DNA from: Catajapyx aquilonaris
Lineage: Eukaryota
Direction: 5' to 3'
Length of the DNA: 31,950 nucleotides
Assembly: GCA_000934665.2 (NCBI GenBank)
Contig: KZ538241.1
Location: 62,001 to 93,950 of the forward strand
Part shown: positions 1-11,400 of the stretch, one piece after another
Position numbering within the stretch: position 1 is the first letter of the stretch
Layout: every line of letters begins with the position of its first letter
Position numbers and translations under genes: made by a program
Notes under the pieces: model-generated
The model's database searches: none
What the model was told of the DNA's origin: nothing
Seen by the model: the letters and a program-made list of their open reading frames with translations, nothing else

Positions 1-699
1 CACAAGAAACCTTCCTTCTTCGGCCTCCACTCCTTCAATCCTCCAATACCTATCGGTCCTCCCCAATTTTCCGAACATATTCCTGCCCACCCACAAGGTT
101 ATCCTGCTCCTATGAAACCGCCTAATCCTCATGTTGAACCAGAGATCAGTTTCTACCCAATTCAGCTAAACTACGACTTTTTTCGCAGCAAACTGATTCC
201 AACTCTAGGGTTAGGTCTAGCCGGTCTTGCAGTTGCCACTTCTCCGTTCTGGATGCCTCTGGCAGCAGGGAGAAAGCGGCGGATATCCCCAACAGAAAGC
301 GAGATACCAGAATATTACCCTGAAGATGATGGACACGCATCGGAGCACCTGGAACATTCAGGTCAATCAGCGCAGCATTCAGGACAGCTTTCCGACGGTG
401 GAGAAGGAGAAGAGGAGTGGAAAGATCGGTATGATTCGGGCTTGGGCTTACCCTATCGTTACGAACCAGACTATCAATACCAACAACCACGTGCCAAGGG
501 TTCTCCAAGGCAAATAGAAATGCTACCACCTATTCCAGCGATCCATCTAAATAACGGTAGGTGGATGACCGATCCGTACATCGTGTCAGGTAGGCAAAAA
601 AGGGCTACCAAGTGGAAAGGCGATCACCCCAGAGGAGAGACCCAGACGTTGGTTGAAGACGACGAAGACAATGATGACCACGATGAAACCCAAGACTGA
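1..699 (+). CDS. 3' part of an uncharacterised Pro/His-rich protein with a hydrophobic segment followed by GRKRR (5' end lies outside the window)
   Basis: Frame is open from base 1 (CAC AAG AAA CCT...) to TGA at 697-699. Hydrophobic stretch LIPTLGLGLAGLAVATSPFWMPLAA is followed by GRKRR, then an acidic tail. No Cys. AATAAA at 905-910 and 1167-1172. Family not recognised. Confidence 0.75.
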   Translation, partial: HKKPSFFGLHSFNPPIPIGPPQFSEHIPAHPQGYPAPMKPPNPHVEPEISFYPIQLNYDFFRSKLIPTLGLGLAGLAVATSPFWMPLAAGRKRRISPTESEIPEYYPEDDGHASEHLEHSGQSAQHSGQLSDGGEGEEEWKDRYDSGLGLPYRYEPDYQYQQPRAKGSPRQIEMLPPIPAIHLNNGRWMTDPYIVSGRQKRATKWKGDHPRGETQTLVEDDEDNDDHDETQD

Positions 700-1724
700 C
701 AACTGGAGATGGATAAACATGCCCTGCCACCACACACCTAGTCTTCCAGCGCAGCCTCAAGATGACAGGCCGGCCAGTCCACGTCTGTGTTGTCGGCGGA
801 TGAAATCACAGCATACGTTAATTCGTTGCAGTAATTAAACAGCTGATATCTGTGGTCGGTCTTGCGAAACCGCATTGATGTACAAATGAGAAGCCTTTTA
901 GTAAAATAAAATGTACGTGATATTGAAAAAAAATCCAATGCTGTAAATATAAAACGCCATATGAAACCAAACTAAAGTCAATGCGTCAAAAAACTAAACG
1001 CAAAACCATACGTATTTATTGTCTTTTTTTTCTTTCTGAACATGGTGTTTAGCATCCATATACCCGCTGATTTCTCATTTTTGGTCATTGGAACTTGTCT
1101 CCCATGACTTTTTCATCCCCTCCATGACATGTCATGAACCCAAAGCTCTGTACTGTACATACCTACAATAAATGTCTCAACTTTCCATAAAATTTATTAT
1201 CCTTTTTTCGCACGATAAATATTCACATTCGCACTTTTTCATACCACACTAACCACAGCCTCATTGAGCTAAGATTGTAATGCACACCATTTTATTGTCA
1301 TTCACAACCAAGCAATGCGCAAATAATCACCTGAAGCGTCAATGAATTCATGAGCAGTCACAAACCAGTAACCAACTGACCCTCAAAATAGGCCTATACC
1401 CGCATAGGTGAACAGAACTTACAGGACAAATATTCGGCCATGTTTTAGGTAGAGTATGGAAAATGGCTCTTGTATTTCCAGCGGATTCAAAAATGTGCAA
1501 AGGGCATGCATTATAAGGTAAGAAATAATACTACGATTATTTAATACTTCAAATATATTGGTAATTGACACTTCAAGGAACCGGATTGCTAGGTCAAGGC
1601 AATATTACAAATTAACACAGACCACAAATCCAAATAAATATGACGGGTAGGTCATCTCGTTACATGATTTGTTGACTTTGGCACACCCTGTTCGTTTACC
1701 TTCGTGACTTAACATCCACATGCT

Positions 1725-4352
1725 CTAACCATTCGGTTTCATTGACTTGACTCTGGGGCGTGACGTCCTACCGACAATAAACTGCGGGACCGTCACAAGG
1801 TTCGTTGAGTTCAAATAAGTGGCTAAGGAAACTCCGTTTCTAACTGCGTAAACGTCCGAAGGCGCCCAACTGTCACTTATGGGTGCACTGCTTGAATCAA
1901 AGTGAGTGTGGTTATCTGGGGCGGCGCTTGTGACCGTTTGTAAGGCGAGGGGTAACTGAGCCAAGAACGTGTCCATTCTCTCTTGCATGTAAATGTACTG
2001 GTCATCCAGGGAGCGTCGCCGCCGTCTTCGCAGGAGGGCGGGGATGATGAGGAAAGGCATGGTCAAGAACATGGTGGGCAGGAGTGCCAAACTCATTGCA
2101 GTGACCACGTGTTTGGAGCTGATCCGTACCATAGTGCGTAGCAGTTCAAAGAATGCCTTGGCAAATGAAGCGTCTCCGTTGGAATCGTTCCAGAGGAACA
2201 AGTCTAATATTCCAGATAAAGAGGCGGGTGAAGTGGTAGTAGCAGGAGCGGAGGTGGTAGTAGTAGCAGGAGTAGGAGGACGGGTAGTGGTGGTTGTTCT
2301 GACTGTGTGAGGATACACATCTATCATGGCATTAGTTGGCCAGCTGAAAGTAACGGCAGGGGTGGTCACAGTCGTAGGTGTTGGCGTGGTGGTGGTAGTA
2401 GGAACGGTAGTGGTGGGTGGGGGCTGTGTCGGAAGGCGAACACTCACACTCACGTGACTATCATTAAGTAGATTCAAGTTGGGTATCAAGCCTTGGCTTT
2501 CCATCAGGCTTAAATAAACCAGCAAATTCGACATGCTGTCCGTTAATTTGTCCTGGTTGTTTTGCATAAAACTCTGCATGATTGAGAGAGCACTTAAACT
2601 GACGGTGGAATTCAATCGATGAAACAAAGTTTCCGGAAGTATACCGATTCCTTTTAAGGGGAAAACTAAGCCTGGAGCTCTCACAGGAGGGCCAGGTTGG
2701 AATAAGGACGGATACGTAGGGATGTCCGTAGGTTTGTCCCACCAGGCGGATGATGTGATGGACTGTTGCGTGCTGGTGACCTGGTGTGACAAGAGAGGAG
2801 CCCAATGTGTCATTGCCTCAGTCGTCCAGTGCGGGTCAGCTGTGGGGCGCGGCTGGGAATTATGCTTATTCCATAGCTTCATAGCAATTTTTTGTAGCAG
2901 TTCCATTGGCAGATTTTCCGGGTGAAACGTAGCCCCGTCTGTGACGTTATAACCTTTAAAGTATGACAACGGCACTTCCTGTCTTCCTATTACGCGAAAT
3001 TTCCCGTTCACGAATCCCCATATGTTCACCATGACTGCCCTTACCGGGGGTTTTGGCGCAAAGAGTTGGTCTCCTGGTTTGAACAGATACATGTTGTATT
3101 CGTGGTCTTCCGCTTCATCAGCTGTTTCTATGTCCGGGCGTTCGAAGTTAAGCGTCGCCTGAGGTGTGATACTTGGCCGGATACCTAATGGCTGCTTGTC
3201 CATCGCATAATAGTCTTTTTCGACGATATCGACATCAGAGTAGACTTCTCCTTCTGTGTATTCTTCGCCATCGTCATCTTTCATGATCGGATGATATACA
3301 GGTCTGATTGGTTCAGTTGTGGTAGGAAATTGTACCATCACTTGTGGTGTTGGAAGTGGTGACGTTGCATTAATTCTGGTTCGGTTTTTAGCCTTTACAA
3401 TCAGCAATATCTCTGTGCTCGACGGTGCGGGTGTCGTGGTGATGTGGTAAATCTCTGTTGGCGGTGGTCTCTTCTGGGGACTCTTGGTCGGCTTCTTCTT
3501 CTTCTTCTTCTTCTTCTTCTTCTTTACGGAAGGTAACACGTACAGACTGCTCGTTGGTTTCGCCATGTACGTTCCTAGCATTACCTGAGGTCTCGAAGTT
3601 GGGTGCGGTAAGTACACTGGCTTCCACTTCATATTTGGCTTAGGCAGCGACATCTTACTCCAAAAGTTGACCTGAGTAGGTCTCCATGCGGTATCTCTGC
3701 TCTTCCAAAAGTCCTCCTTGTTCAGCTTCATGAGCACTCTTTTTGAGTTAGGATGATATTTCAATGTTGATTTATAGATTGGTATTGCAGGAAATAGTGA
3801 CGTAAGACCTCTTCCTTCACTCTCTCCCATTCTTCGTCCAACACTTGCAGTATGAAGTTCTGGCGGAAGCAGTGAGGTTTGAGGAGTGATGGTGCTAGCA
3901 AGATATCGCGGTGTTGAAGGTGAGGTTGGGCTGATGATAACAGGGAGTGATGTGGTCTTATCAGATGCTTCGAGGGGTGGGTAGTGCATGTGGGCCAAGT
4001 CGCCTGTTGAATTTGGTACCGCTGCTGGCCGTCCTGTCCTTCCTTGGTCACGAATAAAGAGCCATCTTCTTTCTTCCCTTCCCATGTTCCGGTGAACTCG
4101 ACGAAGTTCCGAGGTCGATATTTTTGAATACGTTGGCCACCTCCTTTTCTTCCAATTATCGATGAATCGTCTCTGAGGCCACACCGATTCATTAGTAACG
4201 CGCTGCACATTTTTGGATTCGTCTAATGTTTCGCTTCTGTGCACAAAATGCCGTGGAGTCGGGTCCATGTATCTCTCAGAATTCACTCGGCAGAAAAACA
4301 AGAGAAGCAAGGCAACTTGTTTCCAGCACAGCACTGGTGTTACCGATCCCAT
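1725..4352 (-). CDS. Uncharacterised 875-aa secreted/membrane mucin-like (Thr/Pro-rich) protein, single coding exon
   Basis: 2.6-kb uninterrupted ORF. Signal-peptide-like N-terminus (VALLLLFFCRVNS), K11 tract, Thr/Pro runs, many N-x-S/T sequons, hydrophobic segment VVTAMSLALLPTMFLTMPFLIIPALL followed by RRRRRRS. A splice acceptor (TTTCAG, minus strand, 4361-4366) lies 8 nt before the ATG, implying a 5'UTR intron; a candidate GTGAGT donor sits at about 5427-5432. Confidence 0.85.
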   Translation of the reverse strand: MGSVTPVLCWKQVALLLLFFCRVNSERYMDPTPRHFVHRSETLDESKNVQRVTNESVWPQRRFIDNWKKRRWPTYSKISTSELRRVHRNMGREERRWLFIRDQGRTGRPAAVPNSTGDLAHMHYPPLEASDKTTSLPVIISPTSPSTPRYLASTITPQTSLLPPELHTASVGRRMGESEGRGLTSLFPAIPIYKSTLKYHPNSKRVLMKLNKEDFWKSRDTAWRPTQVNFWSKMSLPKPNMKWKPVYLPHPTSRPQVMLGTYMAKPTSSLYVLPSVKKKKKKKKKKKPTKSPQKRPPPTEIYHITTTPAPSSTEILLIVKAKNRTRINATSPLPTPQVMVQFPTTTEPIRPVYHPIMKDDDGEEYTEGEVYSDVDIVEKDYYAMDKQPLGIRPSITPQATLNFERPDIETADEAEDHEYNMYLFKPGDQLFAPKPPVRAVMVNIWGFVNGKFRVIGRQEVPLSYFKGYNVTDGATFHPENLPMELLQKIAMKLWNKHNSQPRPTADPHWTTEAMTHWAPLLSHQVTSTQQSITSSAWWDKPTDIPTYPSLFQPGPPVRAPGLVFPLKGIGILPETLFHRLNSTVSLSALSIMQSFMQNNQDKLTDSMSNLLVYLSLMESQGLIPNLNLLNDSHVSVSVRLPTQPPPTTTVPTTTTTPTPTTVTTPAVTFSWPTNAMIDVYPHTVRTTTTTRPPTPATTTTSAPATTTSPASLSGILDLFLWNDSNGDASFAKAFFELLRTMVRISSKHVVTAMSLALLPTMFLTMPFLIIPALLRRRRRRSLDDQYIYMQERMDTFLAQLPLALQTVTSAAPDNHTHFDSSSAPISDSWAPSDVYAVRNGVSLATYLNSTNLVTVPQFIVGRTSRPRVKSMKPNG
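3492..3524 (-). repeat. (AAG)11 coding microsatellite encoding poly-Lys
   Basis: Eleven perfect CTT units on the plus strand, in frame as K11. Confidence 0.97.
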
Positions 4353-7233
4353 TGTGCAACCTGAAATAATTTAAGTGTTACAGGACGTAATGCACGCAAT
4401 GATAAACTGTGTGTATTTCTTGTACTCGAATATCTAGGGTGGAGCGAACACTCCCATTCTCATGACTAAACCATAGAAGGCAGTAGTGCCAGCAGTTCTG
4501 CTTTGTTGGTTCAATTTACGAGACTGGTTTACATGCAATTTGGTCATAAACCTCATTATCGTTTTTAAATATCTGGAAAGGAGTGGCGTAACTAATTTTT
4601 TAAATATCTGCGTGTGACATTAATTTCTCTTTTTTTCCTTTAATAGCACCAAAAAAGCAGCTAGGGAAGACAGAAGAAAAGTAACATGGAACTTCATGTA
4701 TTTCAGTAGCACACTGACTGGGAGAACTTAATGTATCCTCATCATTGGTCAAGAAATATAGACTTCTATGGGAACCTATTAGTTTCGGTTTAGTTTTGGT
4801 TTTGTGCCCCAGTGGAAATGTAATCTATGTCGATACGGATGGGCAGAAATGGGTGGAAATGAGCACTTGTGTCGCTGTGCATGAACAAGCATAGACTATT
4901 TCTCACATGCAAGTTATTGTAACCATATCTAAACTCACGTGAAGGTGGCCTTATCCTGATCTGGCCTGCATCAGACTTCTAATTAAAATTAATGGAAGCC
5001 CTGCTTCAAGTGACTAAATCTAGCCTCCAAATATCACACGTAATACTATCACAAAGTTAGGAAAAATATTATCTTTCCACCGTTTCCATCCAAATAGTAC
5101 ATTTAAAATGCGTTGCGTGCAGGCATTAAATCTTTCATCCCATGCAAAGAGGCCACTAGTTGAAATTAATGTAAATTTATGACATTGAGAAGGTAATGGA
5201 CTTGATTCACATGGTTCTTATCATATTGTCAGTACCGTTACTCCTACTGACACAGTAATAGTAATTTCAGTGTGAATAAACAATCCTAAATTTAATCACA
5301 GCGAACACAAATATTTACTAGCAGATATCACCATTACTCCTTCACTATTTCCCGGCACTATAATAACCAATATTTAAAAATCACAAAAATTACCCCAACA
5401 CTGAAACCTAACAGCACAACACAATCACTCACTGCTGGCACAACTGTTCATCACTACAAAGTGCCACCAACCTGCAGTTCGATCAGGCTCCATGTGAAGA
5501 GGACACTTCCAGGGCGTGTCATTCCGTGGCGACTACTAAGGCCAAATGGTACTGGGTTGAGGCGTCAGGTAGCAAGTATGCAACCGGTTCCACCCATTGC
5601 CTTCGTAAGGCGGTCCGTTACGCGGGCACCTCCGAGACATTTGTGTCAGGAGTGGCTGCCTCGCCGATTTATTTGCTTCGCGTCATTAATATACACGTAC
5701 AGAAATGTTACACAACGTTACATGTCAATAATTATTGGAGATTTAAAATATGTCAATTCAAAATATGCCTTCCTATCCTGTCGTTCCAGGTATGGCAGTA
5801 ACGTTTTTTTGTGTGGGATAGGGACTCCCTATATATTTTTTACCGAGCAAATTTACTGTTCCTAGTAATCCTCACGTCCTCTTAATTGCAGCTGAATTCG
5901 CCCCCGTCGCCTACCGTAAGTACGGTATTATGCATCACAGCAAAGTACGCTGAAGCACAATGATAGACAGGTCATGTAATTACAACTCAAGATTATGTGA
6001 AATCATGTTATTTCTAATAGTTGTTCTTACACAAAACAGAAAATGTCGTGCTTATTATTAAAAGCTCATGCCATGCAAATAAGTTATTTTTAGAAAGATT
6101 ATATTCACAATTAAACACTCGTTAGTTTCATTTCCATATTTTAATAGTCAAAACTCAAAACGAACTCAAGTTCAGTTGAAGACACAAAAGCAATTTCACA
6201 TATAAATATGTAATGAAACCATCCCCCGATTGTAATCAGCACATTGCATATTCAATGTGTTACGCATGCACGGTCCAAGAAATGTGTTCACCATATGTAT
6301 CAAGAAATAAGTGTTTTAACATCGATCTAACAAAATTAATATTCCACAATATGGAGGGAAGCAATCTATAGCTGGCATTAACATATAGGCCTACTGTATT
6401 ACGCTATTACCTGTCAGTTATAAGAAAAAGGCAGGGGGCACAAAAAATTCTAATCTCGCACACCCTAATCTATATTTTCACATAGCTTAATCCATAATTA
6501 AGAGTGAAGAGTTTCATGTACTGTATATTCAGAAATTGTATTGTTTCACGTATGTAAAAGGTAATCATCCCGATAATATATTATTGTACAATAATATAAT
6601 ATGAAAATTATACAGTCACTAAAAGAATCAAGTGTTCACATCGTACTGCAACCGACATCACCCAAAAATAACAGAGATAATCTTAGTCCACATTAGCCAT
6701 AAGTTTGGGCATAAATCGTTCGACTGCCACGTGCAAGGCCACGCGCATGCAGCAGTATACCTTAGCTACTGCTTAGAACTTGTTAACCAAGCTCATCCCA
6801 AATTTTCTCCCCAAATTACTTTTATGGGTCGTATATTTTCTGAAGTGTATCCACAGCAACTTGCCCTCTCCGTAATAATTTCTACCCAAAGCACGGAGTT
6901 TAAAACCGCATGATTCGTGGCCTACGTTGACACTGTTCACGGTTTACACGTTTCTCAAAAAAATGCGAAAGTAATCCCACGTTAATTACACTGCTCACGT
7001 TCAGATACTGTACTGCTGAATTCCCAGGAAACAGCGCATGTTACTGTGTTATGCTGCATAAAATATTATTTCTCATAAACCACAAATTCTTTTATTTTCG
7101 AGTTGATTGAAGATTTGGAAAGTGAAGAAAATGCAGAGGGGACAACCAAGGGACTATAGTAAGGGAGATTACCTTGCTAATGCTAATTATTGTTATTTGC
7201 ATTTACAGAACTTACAATATTAGAAATGTCGCA

Positions 7234-7279
7234 TTTGCTTATGTGAAAGTACATAAATATGTACTTTCACATAAGCAAA
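7234..7279. repeat. Inverted repeat with perfect 22-bp arms and 2-nt spacer
   Basis: TTTGCTTATGTGAAAGTACATA-aa-TATGTACTTTCACATAAGCAAA. Confidence 0.95.
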
Positions 7280-7344
7280 AAGTCATAGTGTTATTTACTG
7301 ACATCACAATATTGTGATGTCAGTAAATAACACTATGACTTTTT
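7277..7344. repeat. Perfect 68-bp palindrome with no spacer
   Basis: AAAAAGTCATAGTGTTATTTACTGACATCACAAT|ATTGTGATGTCAGTAAATAACACTATGACTTTTT, centre between 7310 and 7311. Confidence 0.95.
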
Positions 7345-8507
7345 TTTGTCCATGGAAATTCATCATCATATTCGTGTTCCTTAGGTCATAAGTAACTCAT
7401 AATGGTCATTCATTTGGTGTTTGATTTGTTTTTGACCTCGGGCCAGTCAAAAAACCAGAATCCTCAAATATAGCATGTTGTTCCCAATCAAGTGGGGCTA
7501 TATTATGTTACTAGACCATTTCGGATTTTTCTGAAAATAATCACAGCTGTACACACCTGTACCGTAACACTGCACATCAAGTTTCAGCCAAATTGCAAAA
7601 TACTGTGAGGAGGGAAAAAATCGCGAAACTTTGAATTTTTTAAGGTTATTGGAAGTGGTCAAAACCCAATCAACATGTACAGTACATCAAATGAAAGAGA
7701 AACGCTAGTAGAATGCGCCTATGGAATTTGTTTTTCTCTAAAATGCACTCATAAAAACATGTATGGCAAACCATCGTTCACATGCTCAGTAACAGGTCCA
7801 AGTGTTTAGACCCCAACAATTAGTGATGTATTTGAGTAAGAGCAGTCACGTATGTGAAACTGGAATTAGAGTACGTTCCACACATTCGCAGACATGGTAT
7901 GATAAACTGGCGGTAGACAAGGCTAGTATGTAAAGTAGCACAACGGCACCTGATTTCTTGCGTAGCATTCCGGATATAATGTACGAGTATGAAGAAGTGT
8001 GCAACGTATACTGTATTCCAAGGTAATTATGTAATTAGACGAGTTCATTCTGGAACGAAACATTATGAGAATATGTAAGGCATATTCACTTGCAAGAATA
8101 CGACAATAGCCCCTCACTTATATAAAGCAGTCGTGCGTTCCTATGCCGCTCTTAAAATCCATAACCACTGGTGTAGATTCAAAACCGGGCATTGAAAAGA
8201 TTCCTGTGGTGCATTTTTGCAACTGCTCAAGATGACTGAAAACATATGGAAAGTTATTGACCATTAATTTTTTTTCGACATTTAAAAATTATTTTTAAGC
8301 GCATCACATGTCACACAAAAGCATAGAACCAGGCATTTAGATTCTAAAGAAAGACCATTTATCGAGGCATCGAGCAATAGTTTGAAACTGTACATCAATT
8401 CATGCATGCATAGGTTAACGAAGTGTTTGTTCCACTGTAATAGCTGACTGGCTGATTATATTTAGGAACTTCTAAAACAGCTAATTTTCCTGGCTATAAA
8501 AATATTA

Positions 8508-8959
8508 CACTGTACTCCCGATTATCCGGGACTGCACGGGTGTCACCGTATAATCGTAAAACACGGATAATTGGGAAATTGTCCTAGACACCGTAAAAAT
8601 GAGCTATTCACCGACAGGTTTTTAATGAACTACTGTACAGAGTGTATGCTGCTTGGTTTAATCAAAATAATAAAACTTAACCGGTACAATAGATTTTTAC
8701 TTTGTCTTCTAAAGAAAGTCTGATATATATTTCTTCGTTAGCTAGTAGACATATTGACAGTGGATCGAATTTTCATCCCACTGCTAGTTACTGCTAACTT
8801 AGCAGTACTATAGTGTTGGCAATGGTACTGCTAAGTTAGCAGTATCTAGCAGTGCAGTGGGACGAAAATTCTAACAATTTTTTCGAACTTTGATTTAAAA
8901 TGTTATTTCTTGGCGATGCACGGATAATTATCCGCACCGGGATAATCGGGAGTACAGCG
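8508..8959. mobile_element. Non-autonomous Tc1/mariner-pogo-like MITE
   Basis: Left end ta-CACTGTACTCCCGATTATCCG; right end GGATAATCGGGAGTACAGCG-ca (18-bp perfect TIR core; right TA apparently mutated to CA). Subterminal CGGATAAT motifs are typical of pogo/Tigger-type MITEs. Confidence 0.8.
8767..8871. mobile_element. Palindromic MITE-like element, copy 1 (nested in the 8508-8959 element)
   Basis: GAATTTTCATCCCACTGCTAGTTACTGCTAACTTAGCAGTAC ... GTACTGCTAAGTTAGCAGTATCTAGCAGTGCAGTGGGACGAAAATTC. A second copy lies at 26633-26740 in the opposite orientation. Confidence 0.85.
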
Positions 8960-11400
8960 CATTTGCTATGATGTTAAATTGTTGCATCCTTATTTAATTG
9001 ACGAGGAACCAAAAAATATCAAGTATCCACTTAACCCAAGTGCCAATATGTCAAAAGCGATCTCTAGCGATACTCTAGCTCAAATAATTCATCACAATTC
9101 AGGGCAACTCGACTATGCAGGAATATTTCACTTAATTATTCCACCAAAACAACTATAGCAGCTAATATTTTTATAATCACCGTAAATAACTTCTAAACTG
9201 CTTCCAATTAAGCAGCTGAGTGCCAAAATATCGTTAACCACTAGAATATGGTACTTATATATATATATTGAAAGACGTTGTATAAAATTTTAGAAGTCCC
9301 AATTAAAAAGCGATTAGGATCATCCGTAAACTAAATTCCAGATACGGCGCAAAATCATGTATAACTGAGTCAAATTTTCAACTCATACGCATATGCTGAT
9401 GATCATAACTGTCGTAATTCTACAGCAACTCATAACATTGCCCGATTGTACAGTACTGGGTAGTAAGTTATTATACTGAAATTGTGATAATTTACATGCA
9501 CTTGCACTACTTATATTTTTAAGTTGATGTACTTTTCGGAGCTAAGTTAGACAACATGGAATCGTGCTGCATAAGCACGACTATTAGCGATGAAAAAAAA
9601 TATTTCCATGATTTAACTATTATTTGTACGACCATTCAGGAAGTTGCTAATTGTTGGTACGATTTTGTTATAGTTTTGCGGTAATAATAGGTATTATTTA
9701 TGTAGTGCTATATATTGTAATTATTTAAGTACCGCTGCGCTGACTCTTAAGAGCGGTTTAATTGCTAAGCTCTCAGTTCCATTCCATGGCCAGTCTTTTA
9801 TTTCCGGATTATACATTTGCGACAGTGCACTGTAAGTTCTGCAGGATTTACGAGTCCATTCGGTTGAGAAGAATGACACTAAACGTAATTGGAACAGAAA
9901 AGACTTAGCCCTACCCATTTCACATCCCATAAATCATCGGCTAAGGATTATGCATCGTACGCACCATTTATTATTTTTTTGCTTTCCCTAACACACTTGC
10001 AATATGGTCTCACGTTCCAGTATAGTGGAAAATATCTTCGCTGTAAAATCCCTGCTAACAACACTGAAACGCGTACTGATTTACATGCCCAAGTGAACAC
10101 CAGACACGCATAAAGATGGTACAGTATTTGCGACATATTGGGGGTATTTTTGACAAACATTTTTCTACGAGTCCAGAAGACAGATGTAACTGCTGTTAGA
10201 ACACTGACTCAACCATCGGAAGCACACCGTCACATAAATGATTCTATTACGTACTGTCTGACTGAATTTCGACCTTGACCCTCTGATTGCACACAGCGGT
10301 TCTCACACAGCGGGCATCATTCAGTCTCGAACAGTTATATGCAAGTGACGGACACATGAGCACTAAGACCATGGTCCAGAATTGACATCATATGATCTCA
10401 CTTGTCTTTCCAACTCACAGTCAGCAGTACAAAAAAAATTCGATGGCCTAGGGAGTGACCAACGGACGAAATAATAGATATGGAGACGAGAGTACTCGAT
10501 ACTGACCTTACAAAACCTGGTATGAGGGTTCGAGACTTACACTGAATGAATGGCGTTTGTGTGTAGTAGTGATTGTTCTATCACTGGCTGTAAATTATTT
10601 GTGAATTTTAACATTTTTACGCCCAAACCATCCTAGTGGCTCTTACTGTACAAGCGTGCTATGTAGCATCCAGCACATATCAGAATCAGTATTTAAAAAA
10701 TGATAAAATGTATCGCAATGTATGTTATCTCTATATAACTCATTGTTCCAGAAAGGCGGACCTGAACCCAATTTTAAAATTAATGAGCCTTTGCGGCAAT
10801 ATAATGTTGTCTGCACCTCCTTTCCCACCCATGAGAGGTATCCAGTAATCCAAACTAAACCTGTGTCCCCCCTGGAACCCTTCGCCATCCAATTTTCTGT
10901 AATTTTATGCATCAGATAATATCCCCAAAATATTCAAGTTGACAATCCGAAGAAGGGGTCGAGGAAGAGTTGAAGGATAACTTGCCCCTGGTCATTGGAT
11001 GCAAAAAACAAAAACAAAACAAAAAAAGGAACGAAACCTTATGTATCAAGACTTGACAGAAATTCGAATGCGGCCAAGGAATGAAAAATCCATCAACCCT
11101 TCCCTGTCCCCCTCTTCTGATACATATACGCTACAAAAAAAATTAGTAAAACGCAACAGTTCTTAAAAAGTGCTCAAAATTATTAATTTATTTTACACCC
11201 TTATCAGTGGATTTCACAAAAAAATATCCACAAATGCAGCATCCTCAAGAAATGACTATTACACACAAGATAACAAGCACACAACGAAGAAGTCCATCAT
11301 AAGCAGTCAATGTGTGGTCCATGATGCAAAAGGTACTTCGAAGATGGCAGTTTCACCTGCACTTGATGGGAACATTCACCGTCCACTCATCATTCACGTT

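Noticed and set aside
5461..5865. ORFs of 134 and 91 aa on the plus strand
   Set aside because: GTG starts and no recognisable protein features; the region is better explained as the non-coding first exon or promoter of the 875-aa gene on the minus strand.
10444..10537. A-box-like TGGCCTAGGGA and B-box-like GGTTCGAGACT
   Set aside because: Both are imperfect and over 70 nt apart; no cloverleaf, tail or TSD found.
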